From positions 21,027-85,026 of the forward strand of contig CAZYQW010000086.1 in assembly GCA_964649825.1 (NCBI GenBank): a stretch of DNA of 64,000 bases, given 5' to 3'. The notes under the pieces were generated by a model, which was not told where the DNA came from, did no database searches, and saw only the letters and a program-made list of their open reading frames with translations. Source of the stretch: an uncultured Phycisphaeraceae bacterium. GTDB taxonomy: Bacteria > Planctomycetota > B15-G4 > JADJEK01. Numbering within the stretch: position 1 is the first letter of the stretch; each line of letters opens with the position of its first letter. Positions 1-8,392 of the stretch are shown piece after piece. The position numbers and the translations under genes are program-made.

Positions 1-1038
1 GAGGTCGAGCAACCGCACGACGGCGTCGCAGCGGCGGCCGCGGAGCCAGCCGCCGGGGAACCGCACGAGCAACGGCACCCGCACTTCCTCCTCGTAGAGC
101 GTCAGGCCGTGGCCCACGTAGAGTTCGTGATCGAGGAACGCCTCGCCGTGGTCCGAGGTGATGATGACGAGCGTCTCGTCCAGGATGCCGAGAGTCTCGA
201 GGTCGCGAAGCAGCTGTCCGACGTACTCGTCGACGAACCGGATGGTCGCGTCGTACACGTCGACGATCGCGGCCACGGAGTCGTACTGATCGAGCCCGAG
301 ATACTCGTGCGCGTTCAGCGAGCGCACGTAGTCCATCGCGCCCTCGGCGCGACCGGCATCGGGGACGACGGGTTCGGTGCCGGCCAACGCGCGACGGTAG
401 CGATCCTCGGCGTAGTACGGCCCGTGCGTGTCGAACGTGTGCACGAAGAGGAAGAACGGCTCGTCGCGATGGATGGAGATCCACTCCCGAACGTCGCGAC
501 CGAAGCGCCGGAAGCCGTTCGCCTCCTGGCCCCCGGGCGCGCGAGTGTCGTGGTACACGTCGAAGCCCTGATCGAACCCGAACGTCGCCTTGACGAACCC
601 GCCGTCGGTGAAGGCGGCGGTACGGAATCCGGAGTCCCGGAGCAGCTCCGCCATCGTCACCATGCGGTCGGGCAGTCGGTCGTCCAGGTAGACCACTCCA
701 TGCGCGCGCGGGTGCAGTCCGGTGAACATCGTCATGTGGGACGGCAGCGTGTAGGGAGCCTGGGCCATCGCGTTGGTGAACGTCACCGCGGACTCCGCGA
801 AGCGCTCGAGGTTCGGCGACGTCGGTCGGGGGTAGCCGTAGACGCTCAGATGGTCTTGGCGCAGCGTGTCGAGCGAGATCAGGATCACGCGCGTCGCGCG
901 CCGCGCCTCGCCGTCCGCGCCGCCGTCGGACCGGGGCCGGTTCAGGACGAACGTCAGCCCGATCGACGCGAGCACGAGCGCGGTGGCCGCCGCAACGTGC
1001 GTGAACGATGGAACCGCGGCGTCGCGGGAGGCGATCAT
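1..1038 (-). CDS. Sulfatase-like hydrolase/transferase of the alkaline-phosphatase superfamily. It is partial, with the C-terminus lying beyond the window start.
   Basis: The minus-strand translation starts MIASRDAAVPSF with ATG at 1038. It contains ILISLDTLRQDH near the N-terminus and LVIITSDHGEAFLDHELYVGHG near the C-terminus, both typical of the sulfatase family. The long plus-strand ORF at 109-1131 is its antisense shadow. Confidence 0.65.
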   Translation of the reverse strand, partial: MIASRDAAVPSFTHVAAATALVLASIGLTFVLNRPRSDGGADGEARRATRVILISLDTLRQDHLSVYGYPRPTSPNLERFAESAVTFTNAMAQAPYTLPSHMTMFTGLHPRAHGVVYLDDRLPDRMVTMAELLRDSGFRTAAFTDGGFVKATFGFDQGFDVYHDTRAPGGQEANGFRRFGRDVREWISIHRDEPFFLFVHTFDTHGPYYAEDRYRRALAGTEPVVPDAGRAEGAMDYVRSLNAHEYLGLDQYDSVAAIVDVYDATIRFVDEYVGQLLRDLETLGILDETLVIITSDHGEAFLDHELYVGHGLTLYEEEVRVPLLVRFPGGWLRGRRCDAVVRLLDL

Positions 1039-1087
1039 TCGGAGACCAATGGATGGAACCGTGCGAGTTACGGCCAGGATAGGCTTG

Positions 1088-2305
1088 TCAGACGAATCCC
1101 GCGAGCTTCGCGATCGAGTTCGACGCCTTGAGCTTGCCGAGGGCTCGCACTTGGAGCTGACGGACGCGCTCGCGCGAGACGTTCATCAGGCGACCCACCT
1201 CTTCGAGCGTCTTCGGCGACCGCGTGCCCAGACCGTAACGGTGCTCCAGGATGATCCGCTCCGAATCAGTGAGCAACCCGAGCACCTCGCGGATGCGACG
1301 GTGCAGGAGGGGCCGCTCCCAGTCGTGGATCACGGGCGCACGCTCCTCGGCCGGGAGCGAGGCGCCGAGGGGGTCGTCGCTGTCGCCGTTGGTTCCGACG
1401 TCGAGCGATCGCGTCGCCCGCTCGGTCTCGAGCAGGTGGCCCACGACCTGCGGCGAAAGGTCGAACGCCTTCGACACCTCGCGCAGGGACGTCTCTTCGT
1501 TGCGCCGCGGGATCTGCCCTTCGCGCCGCAGCCTCCGCATCTTCTGCTGGAGGTAGTTCGGAACGCGGACGATCCCCTTGCTCGAAGCGATCGCCCGCTC
1601 GATGGCCTGGCGGATCCAGAAGGTCGCGTAGGTGCGGAACCGGACGTTCTTCTGCCAATCGAACTTCTCGACGGCTCGAATCAACCCCGCGTTCCCCTCC
1701 TGGATCAAGTCGAGCACCGGCACGCCATAGGTGCGGTACGCCGCGGCCGCCGTCACGCCGACGTGGAGGTTGCGCTCGATGAACTCGGCGCGCACGACCA
1801 GGTACTCGGCGCACGCGCGCCGCACGTCATCTTGGGCCCGCGGATCGGTGGGCACGGCGCCGAACACGCCGTCCGCCTGCTCGATCAGCGCGCCGGCCCG
1901 GCTGCTCTCCAGAATGTCGCGGGCGGCGCGGATCCCGATACCGGCCGCGAGCAGCGCCTTGTGGAAGCGGCGGCGCACGAACTCGAGCCGTCGCGCGAGC
2001 CGCACCTCGTCGTCGCGCTCCATCCGCGGAATCGTGCTGATCTCGCGGATGTACGTGGCGAGGGGCTCGCTCCGAGGGATCCCCTTCAACAGGAACTCGA
2101 AGCCCGTCGCGTCGCGGCCAGCCGCCGGCGCGAGGGGACCGTCGCTTCGCAGCTCGACTCCGCGAAGGTCGGTGACGAGGCGCACCACGTGCGTCTCGAA
2201 CGAGCGGTTCGCCGCGTTCGTGAGGAGGTCGTCGACCTCGGAGTGGGTCGCGAAGCCTCGCTCGCGTACCTTCGCCAGCAGGCGGTTTCGTCCGACAGCA
2301 GTCAT
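1088..2305 (-). CDS. RNA polymerase sigma-70 family sigma factor (RpoD/RpoS-like, regions 2-4).
   Basis: The 405-aa ORF contains DLIQEGNAGLIRAVEKFD, YATFWIRQAIERAI and a C-terminal helix-turn-helix (RIILEHRYGL...TLEEVGRLMNVSRERVRQL). Confidence 0.85.
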   Translation of the reverse strand: MTAVGRNRLLAKVRERGFATHSEVDDLLTNAANRSFETHVVRLVTDLRGVELRSDGPLAPAAGRDATGFEFLLKGIPRSEPLATYIREISTIPRMERDDEVRLARRLEFVRRRFHKALLAAGIGIRAARDILESSRAGALIEQADGVFGAVPTDPRAQDDVRRACAEYLVVRAEFIERNLHVGVTAAAAYRTYGVPVLDLIQEGNAGLIRAVEKFDWQKNVRFRTYATFWIRQAIERAIASSKGIVRVPNYLQQKMRRLRREGQIPRRNEETSLREVSKAFDLSPQVVGHLLETERATRSLDVGTNGDSDDPLGASLPAEERAPVIHDWERPLLHRRIREVLGLLTDSERIILEHRYGLGTRSPKTLEEVGRLMNVSRERVRQLQVRALGKLKASNSIAKLAGFV

Positions 2306-2321
2306 CGAGGCGCTCCCGAGC

Positions 2322-2798
2322 TCACAACACTGCCTTCAAAGCATCGGGCGTGGAGCCGCCCGCGATCCGCTTCCAGCAGTCATGGCACGCCGAGTCGTAG
2401 AGCTTGGCCTCGCATCCGTCGCACTCGGACAGCGTGGCCTCGGCGCGTTCGAGATCGTCGAGCGCGCGCTCCAACGTCTCGATCCGCTTGCGGACCTGCG
2501 CCGCCCCGAACACGACCTTTCCCCGCAACCGAGCCATCACTTCGAACGCGATCTCGCCGGGCCGAGCCAGGCGCTGGAACTCGCGGATCTCGTCGAGGGA
2601 GAAACCGACCTCCTTCAGGCCGATCACGGCGCGCAGACGTTCGGCTTGATCCGCGGCATAGAGGCGGAACCCGCCGGTCGAACGCTTGGCCGAGCGGATC
2701 AGTCCGAGGTCCTCGTAGAAGCGGACGGTTCGAGTCGTGACGTTCGCGGCTCGAGCGACGTCGCCGATCTGAACCAAGTTCGTCGATTCGCGTTTCAT
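2322..2798 (-). CDS. MerR-family transcriptional regulator with a C-terminal Cys cluster. It lies 16 nt upstream of the sigma factor gene on the same strand.
   Basis: From the internal Met the protein reads MKRESTNLVQIGDVARAANVTTRTVRFYEDLGLI, a MerR helix-turn-helix. The C-terminus reads CDGCEAKLYDSACHDCWKR. The track ORF start at 2939 is probably too far upstream. Confidence 0.7.
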   Translation of the reverse strand: MKRESTNLVQIGDVARAANVTTRTVRFYEDLGLIRSAKRSTGGFRLYAADQAERLRAVIGLKEVGFSLDEIREFQRLARPGEIAFEVMARLRGKVVFGAAQVRKRIETLERALDDLERAEATLSECDGCEAKLYDSACHDCWKRIAGGSTPDALKAVL

Positions 2799-2857
2799 GT
2801 CGTCGTTCACTTCGCGCCTTGCGGGTCGAATCCTGAGATCGTCACGGACAGTACCGA

Positions 2858-2877
2858 CATTGACGTTAAAGTCAATG
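2858..2877. promoter_or_regulatory. Perfect 7-6-7 inverted repeat CATTGAC-gttaaa-GTCAATG in the MerR upstream region. It is a candidate MerR-type operator.
   Basis: The sequence was read directly. It sits 60 nt upstream of the MerR start in a locally AT-rich stretch. Confidence 0.4.
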
Positions 2878-3237
2878 TTTGTTCGATCCGGGCGCGGGCG
2901 CAGCTCTCGACGGTCGGCCGTTGTATGTCCATAACGCAATACTCATTAGAACCTTACGATCCACCATCGAGGAGGCCGTCAGTCCGTCGGGTCCCTCCGA
3001 TGCGGAGGAGACGTCCCCGTCTGCCGTGTCGCGTAAGTGAAACATCAGGCGACGACGAAATTCCGGAACCTCGAAGCCCCACGTTCCGTCCTACGCGTCT
3101 CCCCTGGGCCTGCTCCGGCACGCACTGTTCTCGCGAGAAGAAGCCCTCGCCGGAAAGGGACCGGGTAGAAGGGAACGGGCCAGCCAGCTCGTTCCCTTCG
3201 CCTTTCCTCCCTCATTTCCGCGCAGTCGCGTCCGCCG

Positions 3238-4044
3238 GTGGCGCTAACATCCCGCCAAAACGCGTTCGGGAATCGAAACAAGGTGCCATCCAGACCCAAG
3301 ACTGCCATTCTGCTCGTGGCGGGACGAGCCCGTCGGCTCGGCCGCTTGACCGACGACCGGCCGAAGTGCTTGCTCCGGGTCGGAGCGCGCACGTTGATCG
3401 AGTATCAGATCGACGCCATGAGGAACGCGGGCATCGAGCGTTTCGTCATCGTGACCGGGTACCGGGCCGCGATGGTCGAGGCCGTCGTGGGCCGGGGAGC
3501 CGAGTACGTGAGGAACGAGATCTTCGACCGTACGAACTCCCTCTACTCCCTCGCCCTCGCCCTGCCTCGCGCGCGGGACGGCTTCGTGCTGACGAACGGG
3601 GACGTGCTGTTCCACCCGCGGCTGCTCGAGGCCCTGATCGAAGGCCCCCACCGAGACGCCCTCCTCTACGAGCCGGGCGAAGAGCTCGGTGACGAGGAGA
3701 TGAAGGTACGGATCGAGGACGGCCGTGTCACCGCGATGGGCAAGAGCCTCCCCGCCGGCAGCTACCACGGCGAGAACCTCGGCATCCTGAAGTTCTCCGC
3801 GGCCGGGGCGAGCCGGCTCGAGGCGGCCGCGCGCGACCTCGTCGAGAGCCGCGACGTGAACGCGTGGGCCCCGAAGGCGGTCGACATGATGTGCGGCGAT
3901 CATCCCGTCCACGCGGTCTCCTCGCGCGGCCTGTCGTGGATCGAGATCGACTTCGAGGAGGACCTCGAGCGCGCCCGACGCACGGTCTGGCCGCAGATCG
4001 AAGCGGACGCGGTCACCCCGCGCGAGCGCCCCGCCGATCTTTGA
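3238..4044 (+). CDS. Sugar-phosphate nucleotidyltransferase (NTP_transferase, LicC/MobA-like).
   Basis: The N-terminus reads KTAILLVAGRARRLGRLTDDRPKCLL, a GxGxR nucleotide-binding loop. An alternative GTG start lies at 3283. Confidence 0.65.
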   Translation: MALTSRQNAFGNRNKVPSRPKTAILLVAGRARRLGRLTDDRPKCLLRVGARTLIEYQIDAMRNAGIERFVIVTGYRAAMVEAVVGRGAEYVRNEIFDRTNSLYSLALALPRARDGFVLTNGDVLFHPRLLEALIEGPHRDALLYEPGEELGDEEMKVRIEDGRVTAMGKSLPAGSYHGENLGILKFSAAGASRLEAAARDLVESRDVNAWAPKAVDMMCGDHPVHAVSSRGLSWIEIDFEEDLERARRTVWPQIEADAVTPRERPADL

Positions 4045-4062
4045 TCGCAGCGGACGGCGGCA

Positions 4063-4539
4063 TCAGAACAAGGGGGGATGCTCCCACGCGTGGATCTGAA
4101 GGATGATGTGGTAGATCGTCAGCATCGCGTAGAACGTGAACCCGACGGCAATCGATGCTCGCGCGTAGCGGAAGTTCTTGTGGAGCATCACGAACAGCAC
4201 GCAGACCGCCGTCAGTCCACCCTTGATCAGGACGAACTCGATGTTGCCCTGGGCGATCATCCATCGGGCGATCGGGTTCAGCTCCTCCCCGCCTTTGCGC
4301 AGGTAGAAGAGCGTGGCGACGGAGTCGAACACGGTGAACGTGTAGAAGATCAGGAGCAGGATCACGAGCCGCGTGGAATAGACGTCGACGAACGTCCCCT
4401 CGCGCGCGGGACCGGGAGCGGGACCACGTCTCTTCCCGCCGAAGAAGGTGTAGCGGGAGAGCACAGGGGTGGGGCGCGCCCGGCGATCGGTTCGCGGCGG
4501 ACCGCCATCCGGTGAATGGTAGATCGGAAGCTCGGACAT
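4063..4539 (-). CDS. Small polytopic membrane protein (DUF5658-like hypothetical).
   Basis: The ORF starts at ATG 4539 (MSELPIYHS). It contains YTFFGG, three hydrophobic helices, and noticeably AT-richer codon usage. The N-terminal extension on the track is Arg-rich noise. Confidence 0.5.
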   Translation of the reverse strand: MSELPIYHSPDGGPPRTDRRARPTPVLSRYTFFGGKRRGPAPGPAREGTFVDVYSTRLVILLLIFYTFTVFDSVATLFYLRKGGEELNPIARWMIAQGNIEFVLIKGGLTAVCVLFVMLHKNFRYARASIAVGFTFYAMLTIYHIILQIHAWEHPPLF

Positions 4540-4757
4540 GGCTCCCATCCTATCGGTCGGCCGAACCGATCGACTGGAGCGGTCTCGAAGCCCCGCCGAT
4601 GGTTTCGCGCGACCCCGAGCCTCCCCCTCGCGGCATGACCGCATCCATGACCGCTTGGACCCGTCGGTCCGATTCTTCGCGGGCCGCGAGGAACCGGACC
4701 ACTGGGAACCGCACGGATGGCGACCCGCTGCCGCCTCGCACGGTACGATCGCCGCCC

Positions 4758-6347
4758 ATGTCGCTTCCCCGCCTCGCTCCGCTGCTCCCGGCTCTCCTCG
4801 GGGTCCTGGTCTACCTGAACGCGGTGAACGCCGAGTTCGTCTACGACGACCTCTCCTACGTGCAGGAGAACCCATCGGTGTCCGGCGAGGCGCCGATCTT
4901 CAGCGAGGCGCTCCCCCCGCACCGCAAGGATCTCGGACTCTACCGGCCGGTAACGGTGTCGACCTATCGCTGGACCCACGCTCGGTTCGGACTCGATCCG
5001 TTCGCGTTCCATCTCGTCAACGTGATGCTCCACGCGGCCGCATCGGCCCTCGTGTTCGCAGCCGGTGTGCGGCTGGGAGCAACGCGCGCGGTCGCGCTCG
5101 CCGGCGCGTCGATCTTCGCCGTCCACCCGATCCACGTGGAGGCGGTGGCATGGGTCGTTGGGCGGGCCGAGATCCTCTGCACGTCGTTCGCGCTCCTCGC
5201 GCTGGTGACGTTCGGCCGCCCCGGCGACCGGCGCGGCGCACTCCGCGCGATCCTGGCCGCCGCTTTCTACGCGCTGGCCGCCCTCGCCAAGGAGACCGCC
5301 CTGCCGTTTCCGGCCCTCCTCTTCGCGCTCGACGTCGCGTCGCGGGGCCGCGCGTCGATCCGCACGTGCGTCGCGAGGCAGGTTCCGTTCGCGGTCGCCT
5401 GCGGCGCCATCGTCGCCGCGCGCATCGCGGTGCTCGACCAGTTCGGACCCTCCGTCGCGGGCGTGCCGTTCCTCGACTCGCTCGACGTCCTCGACCGCCT
5501 CGCGCTGGCTCTGATCGTGATCGGCAAGTCTCTGGAGCGCTTCGTCCTGCCGACCTCGCTCACCATCTATTACGACACGAAGGACTTCCAGGGCGCGACG
5601 CCGCTCCTCGTCGGAATCGCGCTCGGAGCGGCGGCCGTGCTCCTGGCGTGGAAGAGCCGCGCCCCCGTCGTTCGGAGCGGCCTGCTGCTCGTCGGAGTCG
5701 GCCTGCTGCCGTTCCTCCATCTCGTCCCCATCGGATCGATCTTCGCGGATCGCTTCGTCTACCTGCCGAGCGCCGGAGCGTGCCTCGTGCTCGCCTACCT
5801 GCTGTTCCGAGCCGGCCACCGGTTCGGCGTGGTGGCCACGGTCGGCGTGACGCTCCTCTTCGGTGGAATGACGCTGGCCCGAAACCCCGCGTTCCACACG
5901 ACGTTCCGCCTGTGGGAGGACGCGGCCGGGGCCGACCCCACGTCCGCGATGCCGCAGTTCCAGCTCGGCATGATGTACAAGCGGGCCGGCCTCTTCGACT
6001 ACCAGAGCGAGCGCCGCAAGGGGGCTCTTCATCACTGGCAGGAGGCGCTCCGGCTCGACCCGACGTTTCCGTTCGCCGCGCAGGCGAACGTCGAGCTCGG
6101 CGAATACGCGGCGGGGACGATCGGCGACGCCGAGATGGCCGCGCGCCACTACCGCGCGGCGCTGGCGGTGGCGCCGGACTACATCGACGCGATGCTCGAC
6201 CTCGCCGTCCTCCACCGCACGGGGATCGTGACGAGAACGAGCGCCGCGGAGCTCCTCGAGAGGGCGACGCTGGCCGGCCCGGACGAGCGTCAACGCGGGA
6301 TCATCGCGTTGCTCCAGAACGAGATCGACGCGTCCGGAGACGGTTGA
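4758..6347 (+). CDS. Membrane glycosyltransferase-like protein with C-terminal TPR repeats (PMT_2/TMTC-like).
   Basis: The ORF starts at ATG 4758 (MSLPRLAPLLPALLGVLVYLNAVNAEFVYDD). It has multiple TM helices followed by TPR-like repeats. Confidence 0.65.
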   Translation: MSLPRLAPLLPALLGVLVYLNAVNAEFVYDDLSYVQENPSVSGEAPIFSEALPPHRKDLGLYRPVTVSTYRWTHARFGLDPFAFHLVNVMLHAAASALVFAAGVRLGATRAVALAGASIFAVHPIHVEAVAWVVGRAEILCTSFALLALVTFGRPGDRRGALRAILAAAFYALAALAKETALPFPALLFALDVASRGRASIRTCVARQVPFAVACGAIVAARIAVLDQFGPSVAGVPFLDSLDVLDRLALALIVIGKSLERFVLPTSLTIYYDTKDFQGATPLLVGIALGAAAVLLAWKSRAPVVRSGLLLVGVGLLPFLHLVPIGSIFADRFVYLPSAGACLVLAYLLFRAGHRFGVVATVGVTLLFGGMTLARNPAFHTTFRLWEDAAGADPTSAMPQFQLGMMYKRAGLFDYQSERRKGALHHWQEALRLDPTFPFAAQANVELGEYAAGTIGDAEMAARHYRAALAVAPDYIDAMLDLAVLHRTGIVTRTSAAELLERATLAGPDERQRGIIALLQNEIDASGDG

Positions 6348-6946
6348 GCGGGCGACGGGTCGTCATGGGAGGGATCGAAGCCCGCGAGCCCGACCACGAA
6401 GTCGAGGATCTCGTCGAGCCGCACCTCGGCCGCGGCACCGATCAACGCGAGGTGCGCCTCGATCCCGACGTCCCAGCGGCCGCGCGAGTCGGGCGGGAAC
6501 GTCATGCGGTTCCCGCCGAGCGGAGCCGCGTCGGTCTCGCAGTAGTAGAAGGTCGAGATCCCGAGCTCGGCGCGCCGCTCGCTCCAGAGGCCGCCTTCAC
6601 GCCGGCACCACCCAAGGCCGTACTTCCTCAGCTCGAACCCGCCGGCCCACGACTCGGGCCGCCCCATCGACCCCGCGCCCAGCGCGATCCACTCGGTGAC
6701 GCGGGCGTGCGCCAACAACCCCGGACCCACCCCGATCCGCAGCGAGAAGAGGTCGATGAGATCGAGTCCGCGCGCGGAGAGCCACTCGCCGACGTCGCCG
6801 CGCCCGCCCGATGCGGCGCCCGGGGAGGACGTCGGCTCCGTCGTCGGCGGCTCGACCTCGTCGACCACCGCGCACCCCGCGACGGCGACGGTGACGAGCG
6901 CGAGCAGGATCGATCGCCGAGCGTCCCTGTGGACGAAGACGTGCAT
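6290..6946 (-). CDS. Hypothetical lipoprotein.
   Basis: The ORF starts at ATG 6946. The signal peptide with lipobox reads MHVFVHRDARRSILLALVTVAVAGC. Its 3' end is convergent with and overlaps the TPR-glycosyltransferase gene by 57 nt. Confidence 0.5.
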   Translation of the reverse strand: MHVFVHRDARRSILLALVTVAVAGCAVVDEVEPPTTEPTSSPGAASGGRGDVGEWLSARGLDLIDLFSLRIGVGPGLLAHARVTEWIALGAGSMGRPESWAGGFELRKYGLGWCRREGGLWSERRAELGISTFYYCETDAAPLGGNRMTFPPDSRGRWDVGIEAHLALIGAAAEVRLDEILDFVVGLAGFDPSHDDPSPAQPSPDASISFWSNAMIPR

Positions 6947-7092
6947 GTGGACGAAGATAAGGACCCGGTGCGGCGTCCAACCACTGTTTTCTTCGCGGGC
7001 TCCCTTGGCACCCGATCGCACCGAACGCTCTTGCGCGCGACGGTTGCCGGCGCCGATCAGAACTCGATAGAGTCGCGTCGAAAGGTGTGGCG

Positions 7093-8077
7093 CATGATCC
7101 TCGCCGGAGACATCGGAGGGACGAACGCGCGACTCGTGCTCCTCGAGCGCGGGGGGCGGCCGACCGAGTTCGTGCACGAGCGGCGCTACCGGACCCGCGA
7201 GCACGCGTCGCTCCGGGCCGTCATACGAAGGTTCCTGGACGAGGTCGGGGCCGGACCGACGAGCGCCGCCGCGTTTGGATTCGCGGGGCCGGTGTTCGAG
7301 GGACGCGCCCACGCCACGAACGCCGACTGGGTCATCGACGCGATCCAGATCTCGGCCGCGCTGGACGGCATCCCCGTGCAGATCGTGAACGACCTCGAGT
7401 CGACGGGGCTCGGCATCCCCCACCTCGTGCCGGATCGACTGCTCACGCTCCGCGCCGGCGAGCCGTACGAGCGCGGCAACGCCGCCTTGATCGCGGCGGG
7501 GACCGGGCTCGGCGAGGCGATCCTCGTCCGTGACGGCGGCGGCTTCCGACCGATCCCGTCGGAGGGTGGCCACTCCGACTTCGCACCGCTCGACGAAGAG
7601 CAGGACGATCTCCTGCATCACCTCCGCGCCGACCTCGGCCGCGTCGACGCCGAGCACGTCCTGTCCGGTCCGGGCCTCGCGCGGATCCACGGGTTCCTCC
7701 TGGCCCAGCCCGGCGCGCACGAGGAGCCGTCGGTGTTGGCGCGGATGCAGCAGGAGGACGTCGCGCGCGTCGTGTCGGAGTCGGCGCTGGCCGGCCGCTC
7801 GGAGCTCTGCGACCGCGCGTTGCGGCTCTTCTGCCGCGCCTACGGGGCCGAGGCCAAGAACCTGGCCCTCAAGGCGCTCGCGACCGGCGGCATCTTCATC
7901 GGCGGCGGCATCGCGCCCAAGATCGCCCCCGCCCTCGCCAACGGCGCGTTCCTCGCCGCGTTCGACGATCATCCAGCGCTCCGACCGGTCCTCTCACGGA
8001 TCCCCGTCCGCGTGATCCTCGAGGAGAACACGTCGCTCATCGGCGCGGCCGCCCTCGCCCTCTCGCTCGCGGGCTGA
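7093..8077 (+). CDS. glk: Glucokinase.
   Basis: The N-terminus reads MILAGDIGGTNARL (ROK/Glk ATP-binding motif). It is the 3' third of the artefactual 1179-aa ORF at 4538-8077. Confidence 0.85.
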
Positions 8078-8109
8078 GTCGGAGTTACGAATCGTTGACG
8101 AACGAAGAA

Positions 8110-8140
8110 GAGGCCTCGTGCGAGACTCGCGCGAGGCCTC
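8110..8140. terminator. GC-rich hairpin (GAGGCCTCG...CGAGGCCTC) lying between the glk 3' end and the tRNA-Glu 3' end. It is a possible bidirectional terminator.
   Basis: A 9-bp perfect stem was read in the sequence. It has T-rich flanks on both strands. Confidence 0.4.
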
Positions 8141-8150
8141 TTGGATCGTC

Positions 8151-8227
8151 TGGTAGCCCCAACGGGATTCGAACCCGTGTTTGATGGCTGAGAACCATCT
8201 GTCCTGGACCAGGCTAGACTATGGGGC
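8151..8227 (-). tRNA. tRNA-Glu (anticodon CUC).
   Basis: The reverse complement reads GCCCCATAGTCTAGCCTGGTCCAGGACAGATGGTTCTCAGCCATCAAACACGGGTTCGAATCCCGTTGGGGCTACCA. It has D- and T-arms (GGTTCGAATCC), a TTCTCAG anticodon loop and an encoded CCA. Confidence 0.85.
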
Positions 8228-8392
8228 CGTGTCCGAGCGGGGATGTTCCTCGCTCGGATGGTCAGTGTCAAGCCCGCCGCCGGGATTGGGCCGAAACTTC
8301 TCGGAGTTTCCGGCTCGCACCCGGCGCGGGGACCGACGACGTGGCGACGCCGGACACGGCGGCCCTTCGACGGGCGCGAGCGGACGGACGAC

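Noticed and set aside
866-2740. 624-aa plus-strand ORF (and 1731-3692, 653 aa).
   Set aside because: Arg/Ala/Pro-rich low-complexity translation. It lies antisense to the well-supported sigma-70 and MerR genes. This is a typical high-GC shadow ORF.
2990-3041. Possible 13-codon leader ORF (MRRRRPRLPCRVS) after a GAGGAGG sequence in the MerR upstream region.
   Set aside because: The spacing from GAGGAGG to the ATG is about 24 nt, which is too long. It is most likely a chance ORF.
4362-6293. 643-aa minus-strand ORF.
   Set aside because: Antisense to the TPR-glycosyltransferase gene. The composition is junk-like (R, E, D, G runs) and it has no motifs.
4538-8077. 1179-aa plus-strand ORF.
   Set aside because: Only the last ~328 codons (glucokinase) read like protein. 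The first 2.5 kb is Arg/Pro-rich frame noise overlapping real genes on both strands.
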